In this document: positions 9,942 to 20,940 of the stretch, one piece after another | Position numbering within the stretch: position 1 is the first letter of the stretch | Layout of the letters: each line of letters starts with the position of its first letter | Origin: Cyanophyceae cyanobacterium | Lineage (GTDB): Bacteria > Cyanobacteriota > Cyanobacteriia > Cyanobacteriales > JBHJGN01 | Length of the DNA stretch: 64,000 nucleotides | Assembly: GCA_050331735.1 (NCBI GenBank) | Contig: JBHJGN010000020.1 | Coordinates: 32,001-96,000, forward strand | Reading direction: 5' to 3' | Position numbers and translations under genes: made by a program | Notes under the pieces: model-generated | Database searches by the model: none | What the model was told of the DNA's origin: nothing | The model's input: only the letters and a program-made list of their open reading frames with translations

Positions 9942-11786
9942 ATGCCGAAGCAAATTATTATCGCAGAGCAGCACCACATCGCTGCTGTTTTCTGGGAAGA
10001 CCAGATACAAGAACTCGTCGTTGCCACTGGTAACCAGCAAGTTGGAGATATTTATCTGGGCCTGGTCGAAAACGTGATTCCCGGCATTGATGCCGCTTTT
10101 GTCAACATTGGCGAAGCCGAACGGAATGGCTTCATTCACGTCAGCGATTTAGGCCCCCTGCGCTTGAAACGAATGTCGGGTGCGATTACAGAGCTGCTAG
10201 CTCCGCAGCAGAAAGTGTTGGTTCAGGTGATGAAGGAACCCACGGGAAACAAAGGCCCCCGGTTGACGGGCAACATTACTCTCCCCGGACGCTACTTAGT
10301 TTTGATGCCTTATAACCGAGGGGTCAACCTGTCTAGGCGGATTCGCGACGAGAATGAGCGTTCTCGCCTGCGAGCCTTGGCAATTTTGGTCAAGCCAGCC
10401 GGGATGGGATTGCTCGTCCGCACTGAAGCAGAAGGAAAAGCCGAAAAAGCCATCATTGAAGATTTGGAGTTTCTTCAGAAACAGTGGGAGCTGATCCAGC
10501 AGCAGGCCAATACGACGAGAGCACCAGCACTGCTGAACCGAGACGATGACTTTATTCAGCGAGTGCTGCGAGATATGTACTCAGCAGACGTTAATCGTAT
10601 CGTGGTCGATTCCACCGCTGGTCTGAAGAGGGTGAAGCAGCAGCTCAGTAACTGGAGCGGCGGGCGATCGCCAGAAGGAGTTCTGATCGATTACCACCAA
10701 GACCGCCAGCCAATCCTGGAGTTTTTCCGCATTAATGCAGCTATTCGGGAAGCTCTCAAGCCAAGAGTCGATCTTCCCTCCGGCGGCTATATTATTATTG
10801 AACCGACAGAAGCTCTCACCGTCATTGACGTCAACTCTGGCTCCTTCACGCGCTCGGCAACGTCTAGAGAAACCGTGCTGTGGACCAACAGTGAAGCGGC
10901 CACAGAAATCGCGCGGCAGTTGAGACTACGCAACATCGGGGGCGTCATTGTCGTTGACTTTATCGACATGGATTCACGCTCTGATCAGCTTCAGCTTTTA
11001 GAGCACTTTAATCGAGCCTTGAAAGCAGACAAGGCGAGACCTCAAATTGCTCAGCTAACAGAACTTGGACTCGTGGAGTTAACCCGCAAGCGTCAAGGAC
11101 AGAATATTTATGAGCTGTTTGGTCAGTCTTGTCCCACCTGTGGTGGTTCCGGACATCGCGTTCATCTTCCCGGCAGACAGGAGGCAGAAAGCTTGGAGCC
11201 GCAGTTAGCGGTTGCTGTGACCCCAAAACCGGCACTGCTGAATGCAGAAGCCAGTGAAGCCTATCCTGAACCGAGTAAAGGCACTCCCAGTGAGCGTCCT
11301 ACCCCTCTCAAGCTGCTGCACCACCCTAGCTATCAGGAACAGACGGCTGGGAACGGCAACTCGCGTCGCCGGCGCCGTCGTCGCTCTAATGAACAAGATG
11401 GAGAAGAGTCGGCAACTATTGGCAGAGAAGAAGGTGAGACAGAAGTTGAAACGGTAGAGCGTAAGGAGCGTTCTCCCTCTCGCAATGCACGTCGGGAAGA
11501 ACCTCCAGAAAAAGTGACGGTAGAGATGTCAACGTTGGAACAGGATATGTATGCTTTAATGGGGATTTCGCCGCTGGTCTATTTGGATCGAGACTATAAA
11601 GATTCCCGGGCGGTTGTTGTGTCAGTAAAGCTTCCAGGAGACTCTCCGCTAGCTGAATCATCACCGTTAACAGCAGAGGAACCAGAGGCAACTCCGACTG
11701 AATCAGCCGCTGAAGAGACTGAGTCTGACGACAGTAATCGCGTTGTTCGTCGGCGTCGGCGTCGTTCTTCTGCTCGGGAAGCTTAG
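9942..11786 (+). CDS. rne: Ribonuclease E/G
   Basis: GDIYLG...AAFVNIG S1 domain, VIDVNSG, IVVDFIDM, CPTC Zn-link, Arg-rich C-terminal motifs. Confidence 0.96.
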   Translation: MPKQIIIAEQHHIAAVFWEDQIQELVVATGNQQVGDIYLGLVENVIPGIDAAFVNIGEAERNGFIHVSDLGPLRLKRMSGAITELLAPQQKVLVQVMKEPTGNKGPRLTGNITLPGRYLVLMPYNRGVNLSRRIRDENERSRLRALAILVKPAGMGLLVRTEAEGKAEKAIIEDLEFLQKQWELIQQQANTTRAPALLNRDDDFIQRVLRDMYSADVNRIVVDSTAGLKRVKQQLSNWSGGRSPEGVLIDYHQDRQPILEFFRINAAIREALKPRVDLPSGGYIIIEPTEALTVIDVNSGSFTRSATSRETVLWTNSEAATEIARQLRLRNIGGVIVVDFIDMDSRSDQLQLLEHFNRALKADKARPQIAQLTELGLVELTRKRQGQNIYELFGQSCPTCGGSGHRVHLPGRQEAESLEPQLAVAVTPKPALLNAEASEAYPEPSKGTPSERPTPLKLLHHPSYQEQTAGNGNSRRRRRRRSNEQDGEESATIGREEGETEVETVERKERSPSRNARREEPPEKVTVEMSTLEQDMYALMGISPLVYLDRDYKDSRAVVVSVKLPGDSPLAESSPLTAEEPEATPTESAAEETESDDSNRVVRRRRRRSSAREA

Positions 11787-11808
11787 GCCAAGCGTGAAGG
11801 AAAAGCTC

Positions 11809-12390
11809 ATGCCTGTCAAGTTGGTAGCTGGTGTAGACGAAGTGGGACGAGGAGCACTGTTTGGTCCTGTCGTGGCGGCAGTCGTTGCTGTTCCTTTATC
11901 TACTATTTCTAAGCTGAGACAACTTGGCGTTAGGGACAGCAAGCGATTATCCAAACAGCAACGCTGGCAGCTTGTGCCGCAGATTCAAACCCTAGCCAGC
12001 GGCTGGAAAATTAGCTGTGTTTCGGCGGCAGAAATTGATCGACTGAACATTCTTCAGGCTTCGTTGCAGGCCATGAAGCAAGCCGTTGCTGGACTCCCGC
12101 AGCAGCCAGATATCTGTTTCGTCGATGGTAAGCAGACGCTACCAGGGCTAACTATTCCCCAACTGGCCCTGGTTAAGGGTGACCGCCGCTCTCCAGCGAT
12201 TGCTGCTGCCAGCATTCTCGCTAAAGTGTGGCGCGATGACCTGATATCGTGCTTAGCAGAAAAATATTCGGGCTACGGCTTGAGCTCTCATAAGGGCTAC
12301 GGAACCCCTCGACATCGCTCGGTGCTGGAGCACTACGGTCCTTCTCCCCAGCACCGGCTGTCGTTTGCACCCTGCCGGAGCAGACTTTAA
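11809..12390 (+). CDS. rnhB: Ribonuclease HII
   Basis: AGVDEVGRG, DSKRL, AAASILAKV, HKGYGT; start placed at ATG 11809 (track ORF opens at 11743). Confidence 0.94.
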   Translation: MPVKLVAGVDEVGRGALFGPVVAAVVAVPLSTISKLRQLGVRDSKRLSKQQRWQLVPQIQTLASGWKISCVSAAEIDRLNILQASLQAMKQAVAGLPQQPDICFVDGKQTLPGLTIPQLALVKGDRRSPAIAAASILAKVWRDDLISCLAEKYSGYGLSSHKGYGTPRHRSVLEHYGPSPQHRLSFAPCRSRL

Positions 12391-12968
12391 GCGGTCGGAT
12401 TTTCGGCAGTAGCTATTCTGGCAGGAGAAGAGGGAGGATGTTCATCGGCCCACTGGCGGTAATCCACTTGCAGCTTTTTGAGCAGACGATTCTTAATTCT
12501 TAACAGTACGCTTTTGAGTAAGCCATTCCCGGCAGTTTCCAGCACTGATTTTGGCATCAGACGGAGCGGAGGCGGCAGATCCACCTCGATTTGTAGATCC
12601 GCTTTTCCTTTTAAGCAAGTTTTGTCTTTCTCCCGATGAGGATAGAGTTCCCCCGTGACGGTGAGAGAAAACCGCTCATTGAAATCTTGAATGCCTTGAA
12701 TTTCACAGCTTTCAGACGCGACATGCACAGTGCCGTCGGCATCTGCCCAAACTTTGAGCGCGACAACCGGCTGAAATTGATACAGCTCTACGAAGTTAAG
12801 GGGGTGCATCTTGAAGCGAAAGCGATTTGGGGATAGCTGCTCCATCAGCTTTGGCTCGGCGATTGCGCGCACCACTCTTTGAGGCTGGCGGAGGTAGTGC
12901 CGAATGGGAACTGATGTTTCTTCAAAGATCATCTCGACTGATTCTGAGGCGGTGAAGCGAGTATTCAT
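12387..12968 (-). CDS. DUF1997-like (SRPBCC/START-like) protein
   Basis: HYLRQPQRVV, GKADL...LPPPL...GNGLLKSVL; usual neighbour of rnhB/pheA. Confidence 0.78.
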   Translation of the reverse strand: MNTRFTASESVEMIFEETSVPIRHYLRQPQRVVRAIAEPKLMEQLSPNRFRFKMHPLNFVELYQFQPVVALKVWADADGTVHVASESCEIQGIQDFNERFSLTVTGELYPHREKDKTCLKGKADLQIEVDLPPPLRLMPKSVLETAGNGLLKSVLLRIKNRLLKKLQVDYRQWADEHPPSSPARIATAENPTA

Positions 12969-13244
12969 TAATAAAAACTGCGGAATAACGGTTTAACGGC
13001 GATTCAGCCGTCTTTGGGCAAAGTTGAATGAGCTGGCTGGTGTTTGACGACCTAGCTCTATTAATACTTAATTTTTATTGTAAAACTTTACACTATTATT
13101 CTCTATTTCTTGAGCAAGAAAATATCCGTCAGTAAAATAATTTTTTTTGCTGAATCCCTGGCCGCTGAAAAGATTAAAGTGCTCTCCCCTCTGAATGGCT
13201 AGCTCTTCGATTAAAATTGAGCTTGATAGATTTGCTCGCCGGGT

Positions 13245-14096
13245 ATGACTATTTTAGTGGCTTATTTAGGACCAACCGGAACTAACGCTGAAACAGCAGC
13301 GCTAGCGTACCAGAGCTGGATGGCTCGGGAAGCGCAAGAGGTCACTTTACTTCCCTATCCAAGCATTACGCAAACGCTCCAGGCTGTTGTTCGGGGAGAG
13401 GCTGAACTGGCTGTTGTTCCGGTAGAAAATTCGATTCAAGGCAGTGTTGCCATCACCTTAGACACTCTCTGGCAGCTCAGTCAACTACAGATTCAACAAG
13501 CATTAATTCTGCCTATCTCTCATGCCCTTCTCTCTCATAGCGCTTCTCTAGAAACGATTCAAACTGTTTATTCCCACCCTCAAGCCCTGGCTCAGTGTCA
13601 GCAGTGGCTAGAAAAGTATCTTCCGTTTGTCCGGCTTGTTTCTACTAGTTCAACGACAGAAGCGGTTAAATATCTTGATAATACAGCCGGAGCCGTTGCT
13701 GCCCCTAGAGCCGCCAAGCTATACGATGTACCGATTTTGGCAGCTTCTATTAATGATTATCCCGGTAACTGTACTCGCTTTTGGGTCATCGGCACCTTCT
13801 CTGGGTCAACCGGTAGCTATACTACGCTTGCTTTTAGCGTCGCTGATGTTCCCGGTAGCTTGGTAAGACCGCTTCAGGTATTTGCGCAACGAGGCATCAA
13901 CCTGACTCGGATAGAATCTCGTCCCACCAAACGCTCTCTAGGTGAATATCTCTTTTTTGTCGATTTAGAGGGGGATAAAGCGCAACAATCTATCCAGGAA
14001 GCTTTAGCAGAGCTGAAAGACTGTACAAAGGTGCTAAAAAATTTCGGTAGCTACAGTATTTTGCCCATTGACCTCCATCAAGATGGAATTAATTAA
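13245..14096 (+). CDS. pheA: Prephenate dehydratase
   Basis: YLGPTGT, PVENS, SHPQALAQC, TRF, INLTRIESRP (ACT domain). Confidence 0.95.
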   Translation: MTILVAYLGPTGTNAETAALAYQSWMAREAQEVTLLPYPSITQTLQAVVRGEAELAVVPVENSIQGSVAITLDTLWQLSQLQIQQALILPISHALLSHSASLETIQTVYSHPQALAQCQQWLEKYLPFVRLVSTSSTTEAVKYLDNTAGAVAAPRAAKLYDVPILAASINDYPGNCTRFWVIGTFSGSTGSYTTLAFSVADVPGSLVRPLQVFAQRGINLTRIESRPTKRSLGEYLFFVDLEGDKAQQSIQEALAELKDCTKVLKNFGSYSILPIDLHQDGIN

Positions 14097-14724
14097 AGGC
14101 ATCCTTGAGAGCAGTCCGAGCGGCCAAATGATTGCGGGTTGAAGACAAAATTTCCGCCTCTCGCTGTAAGCGTTGCTCAGTATCCTGCATCTCGAGGAGA
14201 ACTTGCTGTTCAGCAGCAACACCATACAAATTATTGGCAATCCAGTAAGACAGTTCTACGGGCAAATCTGGTAAATCTTCGGGCAGTTCGATCTTCTGAT
14301 CGGTTAACTTTGCTGACAAATGCACGACGTCCCGCAGTAGGGTTTCTACATTATTGGCTAAAGGTTTTAAATCTCGTTGAGGCGGTTGATCTTCTACCCA
14401 TTCGACCAGACCAACCCGATACGGTTTTTCCCGCACGTACTCAAGTACGCGAAATCGCTGTTGACCCAGGGTGAGCATTTTCATCCGGTCATCGGGGTAG
14501 CGTTGATGGCGCACAATTTCAGCACAGCAGCCGACGGTTGCAATTTGTCCACTCATCGGATCGACCCTCAAAACACCAAAGCGACGGTCGTACTCCAGGA
14601 CCGTATTCATCATAATCCTATAGCGAAACTCAAAGATATGGAGAGGCAGGGGCCGACTCGGAAAGAGGACGACTTCGGGCAGAGGAAACAGAGGAAGTTC
14701 TCGAACGGCGATCGAAGGAGGCAT
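14089..14724 (-). CDS. LON peptidase substrate-binding domain protein
   Basis: LPLFPL...LPLHIFEFRYRIM; GQQRFRV. Confidence 0.9.
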   Translation of the reverse strand: MPPSIAVRELPLFPLPEVVLFPSRPLPLHIFEFRYRIMMNTVLEYDRRFGVLRVDPMSGQIATVGCCAEIVRHQRYPDDRMKMLTLGQQRFRVLEYVREKPYRVGLVEWVEDQPPQRDLKPLANNVETLLRDVVHLSAKLTDQKIELPEDLPDLPVELSYWIANNLYGVAAEQQVLLEMQDTEQRLQREAEILSSTRNHLAARTALKDAFN

Positions 14725-14826
14725 GGGGTTTGAAAAAATTTTTCTTCTTTTACTTTAACGAATTTTTTCGGGGTGATAACAGCAAGAAACCCTCTAGAAA
14801 ATCCTAAAGGGTTCATCAATCGCAGA

Positions 14827-15144
14827 TTATAATTTAACTTCAATGTCAACGCCCGCTGGTAAATCTAGCTTCATCAAAGCGTCAATCGTTTTGGAAGAAG
14901 GCTGATAGATATCGATGATTCGACGATGGGTGCGCGTCTCGAAGTGTTCTCGCGAGTCTTTATCAACGTGAGGCGATCGCAGCAGGCAGTATATTTTGCG
15001 CTTGGTTGGGAGAGGAATGGGACCGATAGCTGTGGCGTTAGTTCGATTCGCTGTATCGACAATTTTTTCACAGGAAGTATCAAGCAAGCGGCGGTCGAAA
15101 GCTTTTAAACGAATGCGGATCTTTTGTTGCTGAATAGTGGCCAT
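14827..15144 (-). CDS. rpsJ: 30S ribosomal protein S10
   Basis: [30 protein letters not shown]. Confidence 0.98.
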   Translation of the reverse strand: MATIQQQKIRIRLKAFDRRLLDTSCEKIVDTANRTNATAIGPIPLPTKRKIYCLLRSPHVDKDSREHFETRTHRRIIDIYQPSSKTIDALMKLDLPAGVDIEVKL

Positions 15145-15202
15145 GTTGAGTTTTCAAGGTTCAGTGGAATGAAACGGGTGGTACAGGATTACCTCCAGCG
15201 CA

Positions 15203-15242
15203 AGAGCAGAGGGGTGTTATTTCCAAGTCACTCCTCTGCTCT
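15203..15242 (-). terminator. Strong hairpin between tuf and rpsJ (terminator or mRNA stabiliser)
   Basis: AGAGCAGAGGGGTG-N12-CACTCCTCTGCTCT inverted repeat just after the tuf stop. Confidence 0.55.
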
Positions 15243-15255
15243 GGATGTGATTGTT

Positions 15256-16485
15256 CTACTTCACAATTTTGGAGACGACTCCGGCACCAATAGTGCGACC
15301 GCCTTCGCGGATAGCAAAGCGCATCCCCTGCTCAATTGCAATCGGGTTGATGAGCTGAACCGTCATTTTCACGCGATCGCCGGGCATCACCATTTCGGCG
15401 GCGCTGCCATCATCAGCCGTAAAGGCGGTAATGGTTCCCGTGACATCGGTGGTCCGTACGTAGAACTGAGGACGATAGTTGGGAAAGAAGGGAGTATGGC
15501 GGCCACCTTCGTCTTTAGTCAAGACGTAGACTTCTCCCTCAAACTCGGTATGGGGAGTAATCGAACCGGGTTTAGCGATGACCATCCCCCGCTCAATATC
15601 GGCTTTTTGGATACCGCGAAGCAGGATGCCAACGTTGTCGCCAGCCATGCCCTCATCCAGGGTCTTCTGAAACATCTCTACTCCCGTGACGGTGGTACTG
15701 CGGGTGTCTCTAATTCCCACTAGCTCAACCGTTTCGCCCACTTTTACCTTACCGCGCTCGATCCGGCCCGTCGCCACCGTACCGCGACCTGTAATCGAGA
15801 ATACATCTTCTACCGCCATCAGGAAGGGCTTATCGACTTCCCGCTCTGGAGTCGGAATATACTCGTCTACCGTCTCCATGAGCGCGTAGATTTTGTCAAC
15901 CCATTCGTTGTCCCCTTGAGCAGCATTGGGATTTTCCGCCAGCGCTTCCAGCGCCATCAGCGCCGAACCGGTGGTGATAGGAATATCATCGCCAGGAAAA
16001 TCGTACTCGCTGAGCAGCTCTCGTACTTCCAGCTCTACCAGCTCCAGGAGTTCCTCGTCGTCAACTTGATCTTGCTTGTTTAAGAAAACTACCAGACTAG
16101 GAACGCCAACTTGCTTAGCAAGAAGAATGTGCTCGCGAGTTTGAGGCATTGGACCGTCAGCAGCCGAAACAACAAGAATCGCACCGTCCATCTGAGCTGC
16201 TCCAGTAATCATGTTCTTTACGTAGTCAGCATGACCGGGGCAGTCTACGTGAGCGTAGTGACGGTTGTCGGTTTCGTACTCAACGTGGGCTGTATTGATC
16301 GTAATCCCGCGAGCTTTCTCTTCGGGAGCCGCATCAATTTCGTCATATTTTTTCGCTTTGGCCTTGCCCTGAGCAGCCAGAGAGAGGGTGATCGCGGCGG
16401 TTAACGTGGTTTTTCCGTGGTCGACGTGACCAATCGTGCCGATGTTAGCGTGGTCTTTGTTTCTTTCAAACTTTGCGCGTGCCAT
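15256..16485 (-). CDS. tuf: Elongation factor Tu
   Basis: [33 protein letters not shown]. Confidence 0.99.
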   Translation of the reverse strand: MARAKFERNKDHANIGTIGHVDHGKTTLTAAITLSLAAQGKAKAKKYDEIDAAPEEKARGITINTAHVEYETDNRHYAHVDCPGHADYVKNMITGAAQMDGAILVVSAADGPMPQTREHILLAKQVGVPSLVVFLNKQDQVDDEELLELVELEVRELLSEYDFPGDDIPITTGSALMALEALAENPNAAQGDNEWVDKIYALMETVDEYIPTPEREVDKPFLMAVEDVFSITGRGTVATGRIERGKVKVGETVELVGIRDTRSTTVTGVEMFQKTLDEGMAGDNVGILLRGIQKADIERGMVIAKPGSITPHTEFEGEVYVLTKDEGGRHTPFFPNYRPQFYVRTTDVTGTITAFTADDGSAAEMVMPGDRVKMTVQLINPIAIEQGMRFAIREGGRTIGAGVVSKIVK

Positions 16486-16652
16486 GAATTAAAATGTCCT
16501 TATTCTACGTCAATGATTAGCTGGTTTTTCTTCCGCAGTCTGGGAGTGACTGAGTTGGCGAGCGGCAGCCGCTGAGCGCCAACTCTAGCTCTAACCCTGG
16601 CTGATGAAGAAACAAGAAAATAGGATACAACGCAATTGGGTTAGATGTTATT

Positions 16653-18728
16653 CTATGCGTCTCCTCTGTTTTTGGCGATGATTGCTTCTGCCACGTGGCG
16701 AGGCACTTCATCGTAGCTGTTGAACTCCATTGAGAAAATACCTCGGCCTTGAGTTTTCGACCGGATATCTGTTGCATAGCCAAACATTTCCGCCAGCGGA
16801 ACCTGAGCAGAAACTTTGGCGATTCCTTCTTCAGAGTTCATGCCTTCAATGCTGCCGCGACGAGAGTTCAAATCTCCCATCACGTCCCCAAGAAATTCTT
16901 CAGGAACTTCTACTTCCACCTGCATCGTCGGCTCCAGCAAAACCGGAGCGGCCTTTTGGACAGCATTCCGAATCGCCATCGAGCCAGCGATTTTGAAGGC
17001 CATTTCGGATGAATCGACCTCGTGGTAAGAACCATCTACCAGAGTAGTTTTGACATCTATCAGCGGATAGCCCGCTAAGATGCCGGTCTCGCAGGCCTCT
17101 TTCATTCCTTGTTCAACAGCCGGAATATATTCTCTGGGAATGGCGCCACCGACAATTTTAGAGATGAATTCAAAACCACTGCCGGCTTCTGCGGGTTCTA
17201 GTTTAATGACGACGTGTCCGTACTGGCCCTTGCCGCCACTTTGACGAATAAACTTGCCCTCAGCGTTGGTTGCCTTGCGAATCGTTTCTCGGTAGGCCAC
17301 CTGCGGTTGTCCCACGTTCGCTTCCACTTTGTACTCCCGCAGCATCCGGTCTACCAGAATCTCTAGGTGAAGTTCACCCATGCCTGCAATCACCGTTTGA
17401 TTGGTTTCGGGGTCAATGCTCACCCGGAAGGTCGGATCTTCATCCGAGAGAGCCTGTAGAGCTTTAGAAAGCTTTTCCATATCCTGCTTGGTTTTGGGCT
17501 CTACTGCCACCGAAATCACCGGTTCAGGCACAAATAGAGATTCTAGAATAATAGGATGGTCCTCGTCGCACAGAGTATCTCCGGTCGCTGTATCTTTGAG
17601 GCCAACAGCCGCACCGAGGTCTCCGGCTCTCAGTTCATCCACTTCAATCCGATCGTTAGATTTCAGCACAATTAGGCGGGAAATCCGTTCCTTTTTCTGC
17701 TTAGTTGAGTTATAAACGTAGCTGCCTTTCTGCAAGACTCCCGAATAAACTCGCATAAAGGTTAAGCGTCCGAAGGGATCGGCGGCAATTTTGAAGGCCA
17801 AAGCCGAAAACGGTTCCTCATCGTCCGATTTTCTCACGGCTTCGGTTCCATCTGGTAGCGTTCCCCGAATGGCTGGCACTTCCACAGGAGCCGGGAGATA
17901 ATCAACGACAGCATCTAGCAGAAGCTGTACCCCTTTATTCTTAAAGGCAGAGCCGCACAGCAGCGGCACAATCGCACCGCCGATCGTGGCCTGACGCAGC
18001 GCTTCTTTAATTTCTGCTTCAGCAAATTCCTCTTCCATGAGAAACTTCTCTAGCAGTGCTTCGTTGGTTTCCGCCACGGCTTCAATCAGGCGAGCGCGAT
18101 ATTCCTGAGCCTGCTCCAACAGCTCTGGAGGAATTTCTGTGTCTTCAATTTCCTTGCCAACGTCATCTTGATAAATTTTCGCTCGCATGCGAACCAGGTC
18201 CACAATGCCTCGAAACTCGCTCTCGCTACCGATCGGGATTTGAATGGGAACTGCGTTAGCGCGCAGGCGAGCGCGGATTTGCTCGTGAACCTTAAAGAAG
18301 TTAGCTCCGGTTCGGTCCATCTTGTTGACAAAGGCAAGGCGCGGTACCTGATATCGGTCCGCCTGCCGCCAGACGGTCTCAGACTGAGGCTGGACACCTC
18401 CAACTGAACAAAAGACTGCAATGACTCCATCTAAAACCCGCATCGACCGTTCGACTTCAATCGTAAAGTCTACGTGACCGGGCGTATCGATGATGTTGAT
18501 TCTGTGATCTTGCCAGCTGGTACTAATGGCAGCAGCAGTAATCGTAATTCCCCGCTCTTGCTCCTGCTGCATCCAGTCCATGACGGCTGTTCCTTCATGG
18601 ACTTCTCCGAGCTTGTGCGCAATCCCAGTGTAAAAGAGAATTCGCTCAGTGGTTGTTGTTTTGCCCGCATCTATATGAGCCGCGATACCAATATTGCGCA
18701 CTCTAGCGAGCGGGATGCTACGTGTCAC
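16653..18728 (-). CDS. fusA: Elongation factor G
   Basis: [29 protein letters not shown]. Confidence 0.99.
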   Translation of the reverse strand: MTRSIPLARVRNIGIAAHIDAGKTTTTERILFYTGIAHKLGEVHEGTAVMDWMQQEQERGITITAAAISTSWQDHRINIIDTPGHVDFTIEVERSMRVLDGVIAVFCSVGGVQPQSETVWRQADRYQVPRLAFVNKMDRTGANFFKVHEQIRARLRANAVPIQIPIGSESEFRGIVDLVRMRAKIYQDDVGKEIEDTEIPPELLEQAQEYRARLIEAVAETNEALLEKFLMEEEFAEAEIKEALRQATIGGAIVPLLCGSAFKNKGVQLLLDAVVDYLPAPVEVPAIRGTLPDGTEAVRKSDDEEPFSALAFKIAADPFGRLTFMRVYSGVLQKGSYVYNSTKQKKERISRLIVLKSNDRIEVDELRAGDLGAAVGLKDTATGDTLCDEDHPIILESLFVPEPVISVAVEPKTKQDMEKLSKALQALSDEDPTFRVSIDPETNQTVIAGMGELHLEILVDRMLREYKVEANVGQPQVAYRETIRKATNAEGKFIRQSGGKGQYGHVVIKLEPAEAGSGFEFISKIVGGAIPREYIPAVEQGMKEACETGILAGYPLIDVKTTLVDGSYHEVDSSEMAFKIAGSMAIRNAVQKAAPVLLEPTMQVEVEVPEEFLGDVMGDLNSRRGSIEGMNSEEGIAKVSAQVPLAEMFGYATDIRSKTQGRGIFSMEFNSYDEVPRHVAEAIIAKNRGDA

Positions 18729-18914
18729 AGTTACCTCCTTGAATCTTGCCGAGCTTCAGCTGCATTGACGCGAAGATTCGCTCCATTTACAATTCTATAC
18801 TTTTCTTGTAAAAATGCCGCAACCGCAGCAAGGAAAGCAGATTGAGCATCAGCGACTCTCTTCAGGGAGGACAGCGATCGCCCAAGCGCCTCTCCTCAAT
18901 TTTTGCGATTGCAG

Positions 18915-19385
18915 TTAATACCGATAATGGGCAAAAGCCTTGTTTGCTTCTGCCATCCGATGGGTTTCTTCGCGCTTACGAATTGCGCCTCCCGTCTCAT
19001 TAGCCGCGTCCATAATTTCATTCGCGAGTTTCCCGGCCATAGTCCGTCCTCCTCGGGAACGAGCAAACTGAATTAGCCAGCGCAGCGCCAAGGTTGTTCC
19101 TCGACCAGAGCGGACTTCCATCGGGACTTGGTAGGTGGCTCCACCCACTCGACGAGCCTTAACTTCAACCAGGGGAGTTAGGTTACGGACAGCTTGTTCA
19201 AACGTTTCTAGCGGATCGTTGCCAGTGCGTTCTCCAACAATAGAGAGAGCATCATAAACAATTCTGGACGCTAAAGATTTCTTGCCACTAGTCATAATCC
19301 GCCGCACGGTCATGCTAATGAGGCGGCTGTTGTAAACCGGATCTGGAGGAACTGTGCGCTTTTTTCCAGAGGTACGACGAGACAT
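18915..19385 (-). CDS. rpsG: 30S ribosomal protein S7
   Basis: [25 protein letters not shown]. Confidence 0.99.
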   Translation of the reverse strand: MSRRTSGKKRTVPPDPVYNSRLISMTVRRIMTSGKKSLASRIVYDALSIVGERTGNDPLETFEQAVRNLTPLVEVKARRVGGATYQVPMEVRSGRGTTLALRWLIQFARSRGGRTMAGKLANEIMDAANETGGAIRKREETHRMAEANKAFAHYRY

Positions 19386-19491
19386 AAAATTTTCCTAACC
19401 TAAATAGTTTTTATAGAGCCGAAGCAGTCATGAAAAAGAGCACCCTTAGTGAATGAGGATGCCTAAAAAGCCTAGTGGGCAAACAGCCCTC

Positions 19492-19863
19492 TTACTGAGG
19501 ACGTTTGGTACCGTATTTAGAACGACCCTGTCGACGATCTTTAACTCCTGTCGCGTCTAGAGTGCCGCGGACGATATGGTAGCGAACTCCAGGCAGATCT
19601 TTGACACGACCGCCACGGATCAAGACAACAGAGTGTTCCTGAAGGTTGTGACCAATGCCAGGAATGTAGGCAGTGACTTCAAACCCTGATGTCAGTCTCA
19701 CTCTAGCTACCTTGCGAAGAGCTGAGTTCGGTTTCTTCGGAGTGGTGGTATACACCCTAGTACAGACTCCTCGTCGCTGCGGACATTCCTTCAGAGCTGG
19801 CGATTTAGTTTTCTTTTTTGCTTTAGACCGTTCAGTGCGAATCAGTTGCTGAATAGTAGGCAT
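19492..19863 (-). CDS. rpsL: 30S ribosomal protein S12
   Basis: [22 protein letters not shown]. Confidence 0.99.
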   Translation of the reverse strand: MPTIQQLIRTERSKAKKKTKSPALKECPQRRGVCTRVYTTTPKKPNSALRKVARVRLTSGFEVTAYIPGIGHNLQEHSVVLIRGGRVKDLPGVRYHIVRGTLDATGVKDRRQGRSKYGTKRPQ

Positions 19864-19949
19864 AAATAGCTCTAAACGGAGACGAAGCCCCCTAAGATAG
19901 TTGACGATCTCTTATCTTACTCGGCGGCAAGCTCTAGTGTCAAGAAGCT

Positions 19950-20276
19950 TCACGAGCGCAAAGCAAAGGAAAGACCACAGCTACAGATATTAGCTACATT
20001 GGGGTTATCAAAGCGAAAACCTCCCCCCATCAAGTCTTCTGAATAATCTAGCCGGAGACCTTCAAGGGCAGCATCTTGATTTTCTGGAATGAGAATCGAA
20101 ATACCGTGACTTTCGTACAGACGCTCGCTGGTCACTGTATCGATAAATTCAAAGCGGTAGAAGAACCCGGAACATCCTCCCCTTTCTACCTTTAAGCGGA
20201 AATAGCTTTGTGGCTGTCGGCGGCTAAGCTGAATTCTTTTGATTTCTTGAGCCGCCGCTGGACTAATGTCGATCAC
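19950..20276 (-). CDS. HesB/IscA-family Fe-S cluster assembly protein
   Basis: GGCSG, GGGFRFDNPN, CSCGLSF. Confidence 0.9.
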   Translation of the reverse strand: MIDISPAAAQEIKRIQLSRRQPQSYFRLKVERGGCSGFFYRFEFIDTVTSERLYESHGISILIPENQDAALEGLRLDYSEDLMGGGFRFDNPNVANICSCGLSFALRS

Positions 20277-20327
20277 GCTATGCTAGTTGTCTAAACCGTC
20301 GATAATACTCACGTCTGAACAGAGATG

Positions 20328-20356
20328 AGCTATTAGCTGTTGGCTAGCTAATAGCT
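20328..20356. terminator. Intergenic perfect inverted repeat
   Basis: AGCTATTAGCT-GTTGGCT-AGCTAATAGCT immediately downstream of the cupin gene. Confidence 0.5.
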
Positions 20357-20369
20357 AGGCGTTTGTTCT

Positions 20370-20780
20370 TTAGCCGCGAGCGTAGTCGTCCTGAAAACGA
20401 ATAATATCATCCTCCCCTAGATATTCTCCGTTTTGCACTTCGATGAGAACAAGCTTAATCACTCCAGGATTTTCGAGACGATGAGGAGTACACTGGGGAA
20501 CATAGGTAGACTGGTTGCTGCCGAGGATTTCTTCTTGCTCGCCACAAACGACTTTTGCCGTCCCGGAAACAACGATCCAATGTTCGCTGCGATGGTGGTG
20601 CATCTGGAGGCTTAGGCGGTGTCCAGGATTCACTTCAATTCGCTTAATCTTGTAGCCAGTTCCCTCTTCTAAGGTAGTAAAAGAGCCCCAGGGACGCATT
20701 TCCGTTGCCGTCACCTCTGATGCAGCAACCGATACCGGAAAAATGGCAGAGGCCTGAGCAATTTCCTTAGACTGAACCAT
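20370..20780 (-). CDS. Stand-alone type II phosphomannose isomerase C-terminal cupin
   Basis: RPWG, LSLQMHHHRSEHW, HRLENPG, EVQNGEYLGEDDIIRF. Confidence 0.9.
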   Translation of the reverse strand: MVQSKEIAQASAIFPVSVAASEVTATEMRPWGSFTTLEEGTGYKIKRIEVNPGHRLSLQMHHHRSEHWIVVSGTAKVVCGEQEEILGSNQSTYVPQCTPHRLENPGVIKLVLIEVQNGEYLGEDDIIRFQDDYARG

Positions 20781-20940
20781 GGTTCTTCTCCTAGAAATAC
20801 GACGACAAACAACGGGTCAAGCTGACTGCTTGTAGATAAACAATGAAACTAGATTCATTCAGGTAGCTTAGCCAAACATAGCAAATATTTTTGGACCTGA
20901 CCAGTCAAGACCCCACTATGGCTGCTTAGTGACCGATTAG

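Noticed and set aside
13079..13092. NtcA-like palindrome TGTAAAACTTTACA between DUF1997 and pheA
   Set aside because: Spacer is 6 nt in AT-rich DNA; not assignable
15124..15723. Long antisense ORFs over tuf, dnaJ (31473-32039), dnaK (33019-33501), glgB (42727-43281) and glsF
   Set aside because: Shadow frames of well-recognised genes with no motifs of their own
19492..19863. Streptomycin-resistance allele of rpsL
   Set aside because: PKKPNS and RVKDLP lysines are wild type
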